Origin: Frankiales bacterium
GTDB taxonomy: Bacteria > Actinomycetota > Actinomycetes > Mycobacteriales > SCTD01
Length of the DNA stretch: 54,693 nucleotides
Assembly: GCA_025965615.1 (NCBI GenBank)
Contig: JAOPWP010000167.1
Location: 1-54,693, forward strand
Direction: 5' to 3'
Part shown: positions 9,392-17,909 of the stretch, piece by piece
How the letters are laid out: each line of letters starts with the position of its first letter
Numbering within the stretch: position 1 is the first letter of the stretch
Notes under the pieces: generated by a model
Database searches by the model: none
The model's input: only the letters and a program-made list of their open reading frames with translations
What the model was told of the DNA's origin: nothing
Made by a program: the position numbers and the translations under genes

Positions 9392-9433
9392 CCGGACGGC
9401 GGGTTGTTCCCTGTGAGGAGCCCGCACGTCCGG
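9392..9433 (-). terminator. GC-rich stem-loop between the Mn-catalase stop and the quinone-reductase start
   Basis: Read directly. CCGGACGGCGGG (9392-9403) pairs with CCCGCACGTCCGG (9421-9433), giving a 12-bp stem with a one-base bulge and a 17-nt loop. There is no U-tract, so it could equally be a 5' UTR structure. Confidence 0.35.
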
Positions 9434-9445
9434 AGCGCCGGGTCC

Positions 9446-10327
9446 CTACTCTCTGTGGAGCGCGTCCTTGACCGTGCTCTTGACCTTCTCCACCTTGTTG
9501 GGCACGCCGCTGGTGCCGTAGAGGCGCGGGTCCGGTGTGGTGGGCGGCGGCATGGGGGCCGTCGTGGTCGGGCCGTCGTGGTAGCTGAACGTCCCGTTGC
9601 CGTCCGGCGTGGGACCGCTCGCCCAGCTGCCCTCGGACGCCGTGGCGCCGTCGCTGAAGTTCAGGTACTGGTAGGACACCTCGGTCGCCTCCAGCTTCTG
9701 CGGGAAGTTGGAGGGCACGGGCAGCAGCTCGAGCCCCTCCTCCTGGATCTCCTTGGCGGCGGCGAGCCACTGGTTCTGGTGCATGGTGTCGCGGGCCAGC
9801 AGGAAGCTGAGCAGGTCGCGGACGCCCTTGTCAGCGGTCATGTGATAGAGCCGGGCGACCTGCAGGCGGCCCTGCATCTCGGCGTTGGCGTTGGCCGTGA
9901 AGTCGGCCAGCAGGTTGCCGCTCGCGGTCACGTACGACCCCTGCCACGGGTTGCCGTTGCTGTCGACGAGGCGAGCGCCGGCCCCTGCGACGATGGCGTG
10001 CTGCACGTCCTGGCCGCCGACGACCGCGGCGATGGTCGGGTCGTCCTGCACGGCCTTGCCGGTCGCGCCGATCGGGTCGTCCTCGAGGAGCTGGGCGATC
10101 ATCGTCGCGAGCATCTCGACGTGGCCGATCTCCTCGGAGGCGATGCCGAAGACCAGGTCCCGGTACTTCCCGGGCAGGTGCATGTTCCAGCCCTGGAACA
10201 TGTACTGCATGGCCACGGTGATCTCGCCGTACTGCCCGCCCAGGACCTCCTGGAGCTTGCGTGCGTAGACGGCGTCCGGCTTGTCCGGCTTGCTCTTGAA
10301 CTGCAGCTCCTGCTTGTGGAAGAACAC
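9446..10327 (-). CDS. Manganese catalase family protein
   Basis: FFHKQELQF...YARKLQEVLGGQYGEITVAMQYMFQGWN...IASEEIGHVEMLATMIAQLL matches the dimanganese catalase fold. I prefer the GTG at 10327 (VFFHKQEL), which is preceded by GAGAGGA, over the ATG at 10399 in the track ORF. Confidence 0.9.
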   Translation of the reverse strand: MFFHKQELQFKSKPDKPDAVYARKLQEVLGGQYGEITVAMQYMFQGWNMHLPGKYRDLVFGIASEEIGHVEMLATMIAQLLEDDPIGATGKAVQDDPTIAAVVGGQDVQHAIVAGAGARLVDSNGNPWQGSYVTASGNLLADFTANANAEMQGRLQVARLYHMTADKGVRDLLSFLLARDTMHQNQWLAAAKEIQEEGLELLPVPSNFPQKLEATEVSYQYLNFSDGATASEGSWASGPTPDGNGTFSYHDGPTTTAPMPPPTTPDPRLYGTSGVPNKVEKVKSTVKDALHRE

Positions 10328-10430
10328 GGCAGGTCCTCTCGGGTGGGGTGCTTCGGGGTGGCTCGGAGACGGGCAACTGCCCGACGTGGCGCGGCTCACC
10401 CACCGACGCTGGTGAGGGTTGCCTTACTCG

Positions 10431-11213
10431 TCAGGAGGCGGCGTCGGTGCGGCCGAGGTGCGTGGAGGGCCGCTCGCCCTGCTTCAGGGGCGGCAGGTGC
10501 TCGATCGCCCCGGCGAGCAGCGCCAGCGCCCGGCTGGTGCCGGAGCAGGCGACCGCCAGGGTGGGGGTCGCGCGGGACGTGCGGTCCAGCGCGTCCCGGC
10601 TGCGGTCCAGTGCGGCCAGCGGCAACCCCGAGAGCAGGTTGCCCGGCGGGCGCCGGGACACGAGGGCGTGCGGGCGGGTAGGAGCCGTGCGCCGCACCAG
10701 TCCCCAGGCACGCCCCAGCCGTCGCAGCTGCTCGTGCGTCAGCGCGGCCTGCAGCCGGGGAAGCAGCACGTCCTCCTCGTCCCGCGCGTCCTGGCGCAAC
10801 AGGGTGCTGATGCGCTCCAGCAGCTCCGCACGCGCGGGGGCGCCCGTGGGCGTCGTCTCCAGCTGGGTCCACAGCTCGTTGATGTCCTGGTGCTCCTGTT
10901 CGTTGCGCTCGGTCAGCGCGTTCCCGTCCGGCAGGACCGCCCGGAGCACCGGCCAGACGACGGTCTCCTCTGCATAGGCGTGCGGGAAGACCAACCGGCC
11001 CAGCCGGGTCAGGGCCTCGTCCTGCTGCTCGCCCTGCGTGCGGTCGACGGCCTGCAGGAGGCCCTCGAGGACGGCGTGGTCCCGCCGCTGCCGCACGAGC
11101 AGGCTGCCCTCTCCACCCAGCTGCTGCACCGTCTGCGCGGCGACGCTCAGGGTGGGCGCAGCAGGGGTCGCTTCGCGCAGGCCGTCGAGGTCGTCAGAGC
11201 TGGCTGGCGTCAT
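10431..11213 (-). CDS. Hemerythrin (HHE cation-binding) domain protein
   Basis: Repeated H/E helix motifs: DHAVLEGLL, FPHAYAEETVVWPVL, NEQEHQDINELW, DARDEEDVLLPRL. The last His position appears substituted. Confidence 0.75.
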   Translation of the reverse strand: MTPASSDDLDGLREATPAAPTLSVAAQTVQQLGGEGSLLVRQRRDHAVLEGLLQAVDRTQGEQQDEALTRLGRLVFPHAYAEETVVWPVLRAVLPDGNALTERNEQEHQDINELWTQLETTPTGAPARAELLERISTLLRQDARDEEDVLLPRLQAALTHEQLRRLGRAWGLVRRTAPTRPHALVSRRPPGNLLSGLPLAALDRSRDALDRTSRATPTLAVACSGTSRALALLAGAIEHLPPLKQGERPSTHLGRTDAAS

Positions 11214-11316
11214 GGGGGCCGTCTCCCCACGTGGGGCCGACCTGCACCTCGATCCGGTGGGTTCGCAGGACCATTGGCCCTAGCCGCGGGATGCTCGTCT
11301 GCCGATCCTGGAGAGG

Positions 11317-13701
11317 GTGAACACCACGCGGCCGTCCTCGGAGCGCCCGGGGACCGTCAGGCGTTCCGCTCTGCTCGCTCTCGCCGCGACGGCTGGCTAC
11401 GCCGCGGTCTCCCAGTACGTCCTCTGGCTCAACGACCCGGTCAACGCCGGTGCCGGGTTCTGGCCGGGCGCCGGCATCACGCTCGCTGCACTGCTGGTGA
11501 TCCCCCGGCGGCACTGGTGGATGGTGGTCTGCGGGGTGCTGCTGGCCGAGATCGGTGGCGACACGGCCCGGGGCTACCCGTTCGCGGGCAGTGTCCTGTG
11601 GGGGCTCGCCAACGTCGTGGAACCGGCGGTCGGCGCGACGTTGATCCACAGGTTCAGCTCCGCACGCGGGCGGCTGGTGCCGGTGCGCAACGTGCTCGTG
11701 TTCGTCCTGTGCGGAGCGGTGCTCGCGCCGATCGTGGGCGGGGCCGTCGGGAGCTTCGGCGCCGTGCTGGAGTTCGGGTCGGCGTGGTCTGAGGTCTGGC
11801 CGAAGTGGGTGGCCGGGGACGGCCTGGGGGTGCTCGTCGTGGCCCCGGCGCTGCTGGCCTGGGGTGAGCAGCGGTCGACGCAGCGGGGCCCGGTGGAGAG
11901 CGCAGCGGTCTTGCTGCTCCTGTGCGGCACGAGTGCGCTGGCCTTCCAGAACTGGGGTCATGCCCTGGACGCCGTCCTGCCGTACCTCGTCCTGCCCGGG
12001 ATGGTCTGGGCAGGGATCCGCTTCGGCGTGCGGGGTGCCGCCGTTGCCGGTCTGGTCGTGGCGCAAGCCGCGAACCTCGGCACGGGGCTCGGCTACGGGC
12101 CCTTCTCCTTGGCGCCGGCCACGGATGACTACGCGATCACGCTGTTGCAGGTCTTCCTGGCGGTCACCGTCACCACGACGCTGATCCTGGGGGCGCTGTC
12201 GGCAGACCTGACCGATCGCCACGAGGCGTCCCGGCTGCTGACCCACCAGGCGACCCACGACCCCCTGACGGGTCTGCCGAACAGGCTCGAGCTGCAGGAG
12301 CGCCTGGACCGGGCCGTCAGCCGCCCCCGCCCGGGCTGCTCGACCGCCGTGATGTTCCTCGACCTGGACGGCTTCAAGGTCGTCAACGACAGCTTCGGGC
12401 ACGCCTGGGGCGACGCCCTGCTCGTCGAGATCGCGACCCGGCTCCGGGACACGGCACGTCCGCGCGACCTCGTCGCGCGGATCGGGGGCGACGAGTTCGT
12501 CGTCGTCGCGTACGACCTCGCGTCAGGGGATGACGCGCTGCCCATGGCCCGCCGCCTGCTCCACGCGGTCGGCGAGCCGGTCACGCACGAAGGGCGGACG
12601 CTGGTGGTGTCCGCGAGCCTCGGGATCGCCCTCACCGACGGGATCCGGTCCGCGGGGGAGGTCCTGCGCAACGCCGACCGGGCGATGTACCGCGCGAAGG
12701 GGCAGGCAGGCGTCGGGATCGACAGCTCCGGCGGCGCGCCCGGCGCCCGTGCTGGTGCGGGCGTTCCCAGTCGCGCCCTGCTCGCCGACGCCGACCACGC
12801 GCTCTACGCCGCCAAGCGGGCCGGTGGGGGTCGCGCGGTCCTGTGGCAACCGGGTCACGACGTGGAGGAACGGGCGCAGGACGAGCTGCTCGGTGAGCTG
12901 ATGGAGGCGCTCGCCGGCGGTGCCCTGACCCTCGCCTACCAGCCGATCGTGGACATCGCGACCCTTCGGGTGTGCGGCCTGGAGGCGCTGGCCCGGTGGC
13001 AGCACCCGGTTCGCGGTTCCGTGCCGCCCCCGGTCCTCGTCGCGTGCGCCGAGCGGGGCGGGATCATGCGGTCACTCACGCGCTGGGCCCTTCGCGCAGC
13101 TCTGGAGGGGGCCGCGTCGTGGCCCGAGGCGCACGGCGGACAGCCCCTCAAGGTGGCGGTCAACATCAGCGGGGCTCAGCTCGCAGACGGCCTCGTCGTG
13201 GAGGACGTGCGCGCGGCCCTGGCCGCCTCGGGGATCTCGCCGGCCCGTGTCGTCCTGGAGGTCGCCGAGACCTCCCGGGTCGTCGACCTCGGCCAGGCGC
13301 AGCGCACGCTCACCGCCCTCGCGGGCCTCGGGGTGGGCCTCGCGCTCGACGACTTCGGGGCCGGCCTCTCGAGCCTGACGCACGTCAGCACCCTGCCGTT
13401 CGACATCCTGAAGATCGACCGGTCCCTCGTCGCGGCGGCCAGCGTCGGCGACAAGCGGGCGCTGGCCTGCGTGACGGCGGTGTGCGCGCTGGCCGCTGGG
13501 CTCGAGGTCGACGTCGTCGCGGAGGGCGTCGAGGACAGGACGTTCCTCTCCACGCTGGCGCAGGTGGGCTGCGGTTGCGCGCAGGGGTTCGCCCTGGCCC
13601 GGCCGTTGACGCCGGCCCAGCTCGGTGCCGCCTTCGCGGCGGCGGGACCACGCGGTTGGCTGCTGGACGGGGCGCCCGTCCCCAGGGGTGAGGGCGCCTG
13701 A
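11317..13701 (+). CDS. MASE1-GGDEF-EAL membrane protein (diguanylate cyclase / c-di-GMP phosphodiesterase)
   Basis: N-terminal multi-TM MASE1-like region (AGFWPGAGITLAALL). GGDEF domain: DPLTGLPNR, RIGGDEFVV. EAL domain: YQPIV, GLEALARW, LDDFGAG, ILKIDRS, AEGVED, AQGFALARP. GTG start is preceded by GGAGAGG. Confidence 0.9.
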   Translation: MNTTRPSSERPGTVRRSALLALAATAGYAAVSQYVLWLNDPVNAGAGFWPGAGITLAALLVIPRRHWWMVVCGVLLAEIGGDTARGYPFAGSVLWGLANVVEPAVGATLIHRFSSARGRLVPVRNVLVFVLCGAVLAPIVGGAVGSFGAVLEFGSAWSEVWPKWVAGDGLGVLVVAPALLAWGEQRSTQRGPVESAAVLLLLCGTSALAFQNWGHALDAVLPYLVLPGMVWAGIRFGVRGAAVAGLVVAQAANLGTGLGYGPFSLAPATDDYAITLLQVFLAVTVTTTLILGALSADLTDRHEASRLLTHQATHDPLTGLPNRLELQERLDRAVSRPRPGCSTAVMFLDLDGFKVVNDSFGHAWGDALLVEIATRLRDTARPRDLVARIGGDEFVVVAYDLASGDDALPMARRLLHAVGEPVTHEGRTLVVSASLGIALTDGIRSAGEVLRNADRAMYRAKGQAGVGIDSSGGAPGARAGAGVPSRALLADADHALYAAKRAGGGRAVLWQPGHDVEERAQDELLGELMEALAGGALTLAYQPIVDIATLRVCGLEALARWQHPVRGSVPPPVLVACAERGGIMRSLTRWALRAALEGAASWPEAHGGQPLKVAVNISGAQLADGLVVEDVRAALAASGISPARVVLEVAETSRVVDLGQAQRTLTALAGLGVGLALDDFGAGLSSLTHVSTLPFDILKIDRSLVAAASVGDKRALACVTAVCALAAGLEVDVVAEGVEDRTFLSTLAQVGCGCAQGFALARPLTPAQLGAAFAAAGPRGWLLDGAPVPRGEGA

Positions 13702-13744
13702 GGAGCTTCGCGGTCGACCCCCGGTGGAGCGCACGTACCGCCGG

Positions 13745-14602
13745 TCACCCGAACAGCGCGCGGGCCCGTTCGGCCACCGCCTCGGGTGCCTCCTCCGGCA
13801 CGAAGTGGCCGATCCCGTCGAGCGCCTCGACCGTCATGTCGTCCGCGTTCGGCTGCCAGCCGTCCAGGAGCGCCCGGCTCGAGGTGAGGTCGTACGCCCC
13901 GTTGACCAGCCGGACGGGCACGGTCAGCCGCCGGTCGGCGTAGCGGCCGAGTGCGACTCGCGGGCCGTCCTGCAGCAGGAACGTCCGGTAGAGCGCGACG
14001 GTCGCCCGGGCCCGCGCCGGCTCGCGCATGACCTCGCTGTAGGTGGCGACGTCGCCCACCGGTGCGCGCGCCCCCGCGCGCACCAGAGCCCCCGCGATGC
14101 CGGCGCGCATCAGGCTCTGGCCGAGCAGCGGGGTGGACAGCGGCACCTGGTAGGCCCCGCGCCAGCCCTGTAGCGCCTTGCCGAGGGTCGGCCGCTGGAA
14201 CGGGTGCACGATCCCCAGCGCGAGCAGGGCGCGGAAGCGCTCGGGAGCACGCAGGCAGGCCAGGAAGCCGGTCCAGCCGCCCCAGTCGTGGCCGATCATC
14301 CCGACCTGTGGCAGCTCGAGGACGTCGAGCAGGTCCAGCAGGTCGGTGGCGAGCTGCTCCTTGTCGTAACCGGTGGGGGGCGCCGAGGTCCACCCGTGAC
14401 CGCGCAGGTCCGGCATGACCAGCCGGTACCGGTCGGCCAGCAGCGGGACCACGCGGTGCCAGCAGTACCAGTGCTGCGGCCAGCCGTGGAGCAGGACCAG
14501 CGGCTCGCCCTCTCCCGCTTCGGCGACGTGCACGGAGAGCTCGCCCACCTGCAGGATGCGGTGGGTGACGCCGGGGACGGTGGGCATCGTCGGAGTGGGC
14601 AC
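13745..14602 (-). CDS. Alpha/beta hydrolase (epoxide hydrolase / haloalkane dehalogenase-like)
   Basis: HGWPQHWYCW motif and nucleophile elbow GHDWGG. The start is either GTG at 14602 or ATG at 14587. Confidence 0.9.
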   Translation of the reverse strand: MPTPTMPTVPGVTHRILQVGELSVHVAEAGEGEPLVLLHGWPQHWYCWHRVVPLLADRYRLVMPDLRGHGWTSAPPTGYDKEQLATDLLDLLDVLELPQVGMIGHDWGGWTGFLACLRAPERFRALLALGIVHPFQRPTLGKALQGWRGAYQVPLSTPLLGQSLMRAGIAGALVRAGARAPVGDVATYSEVMREPARARATVALYRTFLLQDGPRVALGRYADRRLTVPVRLVNGAYDLTSSRALLDGWQPNADDMTVEALDGIGHFVPEEAPEAVAERARALFG

Positions 14603-14731
14603 GGGAAGCGCTTACCCCTGTCTAGCCGCACAGCACCCGCGCGGGCAGTGCTCGGACGCGAGGAGCCGGCCGGCATGAGCGGCTGCGCAGCGGGCAGGTC
14701 TGCGTCGGATGGGTCGAGGCGAGGAGCAGAC

Positions 14732-16195
14732 GTGCAACAGCTCACCGGGATCGACGCGAACTTCCTCTACATGGAGACGGGCGCCACCGTCGGGCACGTC
14801 TGCGGCGTCGCCCTGCTCGAGGAGACCACCAGCACCGGCCCGTTGACCTTCGAGGCGGTGCGCGCCGTCGTCGAGCAGCGCCTGCCCCAGCTGCCGCCGC
14901 TGCGCCGACGTCTTGTCGAGGTGCCGTTGGGCATCGACCGGCCCTGGTGGGCCGACGACCCCGACTTCGACCTGGACTTCCACGTGAGGGAGCTGGCCCT
15001 GCCGGCACCCGGGGGCGAGCAGCAGCTCGCCGAGCAGGTCGCCCGGATCGCCTCCCGGCCGCTCGACCGGAGCAGGCCGCTCTGGGAGCTCTACCTGCTG
15101 TCGGGCCTCGAGGGCGACCGGATGGCGCTGATGGTGAAGTTCCACCACGCCGCCCTCGACGGTGTCGCCGGTGCCGAGCTGCTGACGACACTGCTCGACC
15201 CCACGGGCACGCCTCCAGAGCCGCCGCCCGTCGAGGCGTGGGACCCCCGGCCTCTCCCGGGCGACCTGCAGATGTGGGTCCGAGGGCTCGCCGGCGTCTC
15301 GCTGCAGCCACTCAAGGTCCTCGAGTTCCAGCGCCGGCTGCTGCGCACGCTGCCGCGGTCGACGATGTTCCTCGGCCGCTCGGCGGCGCCGGCGATGACG
15401 AACCTCGGCCGGGTGATGACGGGGGGCGGTTCGCCGGACGGGCAGCTGCTGGCCGGCCCGGCAATGGTCGCGCCGCGCACGTCGTTCAACCGACCGATCA
15501 CGCCCCACCGCCGGTGGGCCTTCGGGTCTGCCTCGCTCAGCGCTGTGAAGGAGGTCAAGTCCGCGTTCGGGGTGAGCGTCAACGACGTCGTCATGGCAGC
15601 GTGCGCGGGGGCGGTACGACGCTGGCTCGAGGTGCATCACGAGCTGCCCGCCCAGCCTCTGCTCGCCATGGTGCCGCTGTCGATCCGGACCGCTGAGCAG
15701 CGCGGGCAGTTCGGCAACCGCGTGTCGGCGATGATCGCGGCGCTTCCCCCCCACCTCGCCGATCCGGTCGAGCGGCTCTCCGCGGCGCACGAGGCCATGC
15801 GCGCAGCCAAGGAGCAGCACCACGCCATCAGCGCCGAGGTCCTGCAGGACGTGACGCAGTTCGCCCTGCCCGCCCTGGCCACCCGCGCAGCGCGCGTCGC
15901 GGCGCAGATGCGGGTGGCGGACTACGTCAACCCGCCGTACAACCTGGTGATCTCGAACGTGCCGGGCCCGCGCACCCCGCTCTACCTCGCGGGGGCGAAG
16001 GTCCTCGGCTACTACCCGGTGTCCGTCGTGACCGACGGGCAGGGGCTCAACATCACGGTCCAGAGCTATCTGGACCACCTGGACATCGGACTGGTCTCGT
16101 GCCGGGAGCTGGTACCCGACCTGTGGGACCTGCTCGGCTACCTGCAGGACGCGATCGACGAGCTGCACCAGGCCGCCCTGCAGCGCAGCGCCTGA
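14732..16195 (+). CDS. Wax ester synthase / acyl-CoA:diacylglycerol acyltransferase (WS/DGAT)
   Basis: Catalytic motif HHAALDG, N-terminal LTGIDANFLYMET, and a DUF1298-type C-terminal half. GTG at 14732 is preceded by GAGGAG; the upstream part of the 663-aa track ORF was discarded. Confidence 0.9.
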   Translation: MQQLTGIDANFLYMETGATVGHVCGVALLEETTSTGPLTFEAVRAVVEQRLPQLPPLRRRLVEVPLGIDRPWWADDPDFDLDFHVRELALPAPGGEQQLAEQVARIASRPLDRSRPLWELYLLSGLEGDRMALMVKFHHAALDGVAGAELLTTLLDPTGTPPEPPPVEAWDPRPLPGDLQMWVRGLAGVSLQPLKVLEFQRRLLRTLPRSTMFLGRSAAPAMTNLGRVMTGGGSPDGQLLAGPAMVAPRTSFNRPITPHRRWAFGSASLSAVKEVKSAFGVSVNDVVMAACAGAVRRWLEVHHELPAQPLLAMVPLSIRTAEQRGQFGNRVSAMIAALPPHLADPVERLSAAHEAMRAAKEQHHAISAEVLQDVTQFALPALATRAARVAAQMRVADYVNPPYNLVISNVPGPRTPLYLAGAKVLGYYPVSVVTDGQGLNITVQSYLDHLDIGLVSCRELVPDLWDLLGYLQDAIDELHQAALQRSA

Positions 16196-16207
16196 CCCGG
16201 GCGCCGT

Positions 16208-17782
16208 TCAGTCGGCCGGGTCCGCCGTACGCAGGCCGTCGCGCAGCACGTACTTCTGCACCTTGCCCGTGCCGGTCTTGGGGAGGTCACCGAAGCGGAC
16301 GCGCTTGGGTGCCTTGAACCTGGCGATCCTGCTGCGGACGTGCTCGATCAGCTCCTGCTCGGTGACGGTGTGGCCCGGGCGCAGGGCGACGAAGGCCGCG
16401 ACGGTCTCGCCCCACTTCTCGTCGGGCTCGGCGACGACGGCGCTCTCGAGCACGGCCGGGTGGCTGTCGAGCGCCTGCTCCACCTCGATCGAGGCGATGT
16501 TCTCCCCGCCGGAGATGATGACGTCCTTGGAGCGGTCGCGGAGCTCGACGTAGCCGTCGGGGTGCATGACGGCGACGTCGCCCGTGCGGAACCACCCGTC
16601 GTGCTCGGCCTCGCGGGTCGCCTTCTCGTCGCGGTAGTAGCCGAGCATGACGTTGTTGCCCCGCAGCAGCACCTCGCCGACCGCGTTGCCGTCAGCAGGT
16701 ACGTCGTCACCGTCCTCGCCCAGCACCCGTAGCGGCTGGCTCACGAGGTTGGCGACGCCCTGCCGGGACTTCAGCCGTGCCTGCTCGCCCGCGTCCAGGT
16801 CGTCCCACTCCGGCTTCCACTCGCACAGCGCCGCGGGGCCGTAGGTCTCGGTCAGCCCGTAGAGGTGCGTCACGTCGAAGTTCAGCTCGGCCATGCGCGC
16901 GAGCAGGGCGGGTGAGGGCGGAGCGCCGCCCGTCGCGACGGCGACAGGGCGCTCCGCGGGGCCGGCGTCGGCCCACGGCCCGTTCGCCAACCCGGTCAGC
17001 ACGGTCGGCGCCGCGCACAGGTTGCTGACGCCCTCCTCGCGGATCGCCCGCCAGATGCGCTCCGGGTCGACCTTGCGCAGGGCGACGTGCGTCGCACCCG
17101 CTGCCGTCACCGCCCACGGGAAGCACCAGCCGTTGCAGTGGAACATCGGCAGCGTCCACAAGTAGGTCGACCGTGCACCCAGACCCGTCTGCGAGGCCAT
17201 GGCGAGCGCCTGCAAATAGGCCCCGCGGTGGGAGTACATGACGCCTTTGGGCCGTCCCGTCGTCCCGCTGGTGTAGTTGATCGACAGCAACGACAGCTCG
17301 TCCTCCACGGGGACCTGCAGCGGCGAAGCCGCCGCCAGCAGCGCCTCGAGCTCGTCGTCGGCACCGCCCGCCACCACGAGGCGCACGTCGCCACCGAGCT
17401 CGGCGAGCAGCTGTCGGGCGAGCCCGGCCAGGTCGCTGTCGACGAGCAGGACCTTCGAACCGGCGTGCCCCACGATGTAGGCGAGCTCGCCAGCGCTGAG
17501 CCGGGTGTTGAGGGCGTTCAGGACCGCCCCGGCCCACGGCACGCCGAAGTGCGCCTCGAGTGCGAGGCCGGTGTTCGGGGCGAGCACGGACACCCGATCC
17601 CCTGGGTCCACCCCCATGCCGGCCAGCGCTCCCGCGAGCCGCTCGCAGCGCTGCGCCAGCTCCTCGTAGGTCCGGCGCACGTTCCCGTCGACCAGGGCCG
17701 GCCGGTCGCGATGGACCGCCCGTGCCCGGGACAGGAACGCGGTCGGCGTCAGCGGCACGGGACCGAAGGGGGAGACGGGCAC
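16208..17782 (-). CDS. Acyl-CoA synthetase (AMP-dependent synthetase/ligase)
   Basis: YTSGTTGRPKGV and TGDVAVMHPDGYVELRDRSKDVIISGGENI motifs. GTG at 17782 (VPVSPFGPVPLTP) is preceded by AGGAGC; the track ORF extends further upstream as Arg-rich shadow sequence. Confidence 0.9.
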   Translation of the reverse strand: MPVSPFGPVPLTPTAFLSRARAVHRDRPALVDGNVRRTYEELAQRCERLAGALAGMGVDPGDRVSVLAPNTGLALEAHFGVPWAGAVLNALNTRLSAGELAYIVGHAGSKVLLVDSDLAGLARQLLAELGGDVRLVVAGGADDELEALLAAASPLQVPVEDELSLLSINYTSGTTGRPKGVMYSHRGAYLQALAMASQTGLGARSTYLWTLPMFHCNGWCFPWAVTAAGATHVALRKVDPERIWRAIREEGVSNLCAAPTVLTGLANGPWADAGPAERPVAVATGGAPPSPALLARMAELNFDVTHLYGLTETYGPAALCEWKPEWDDLDAGEQARLKSRQGVANLVSQPLRVLGEDGDDVPADGNAVGEVLLRGNNVMLGYYRDEKATREAEHDGWFRTGDVAVMHPDGYVELRDRSKDVIISGGENIASIEVEQALDSHPAVLESAVVAEPDEKWGETVAAFVALRPGHTVTEQELIEHVRSRIARFKAPKRVRFGDLPKTGTGKVQKYVLRDGLRTADPAD

Positions 17783-17909
17783 GGAAGCTCCTGCTGTGGC
17801 GAGCCGCGGGCGGCGGCAGCGCGATCCTACGGAGGCCGGGCCGTCGGGCCTGCGGCGGTCGTCGAGCTGCCTGGGTGAGCAGCGCCGGCCTGGGGGTAGG
17901 GCGGGCGGC

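Noticed and set aside
11225-11236. Perfect 12-bp palindrome CCCCACGTGGGG upstream of the hemerythrin-like gene, considered as a stand-alone feature
   Set aside because: It is short and G/C-rich, so chance occurrence is plausible in this genome. It is mentioned only as context in the redox/c-di-GMP finding.
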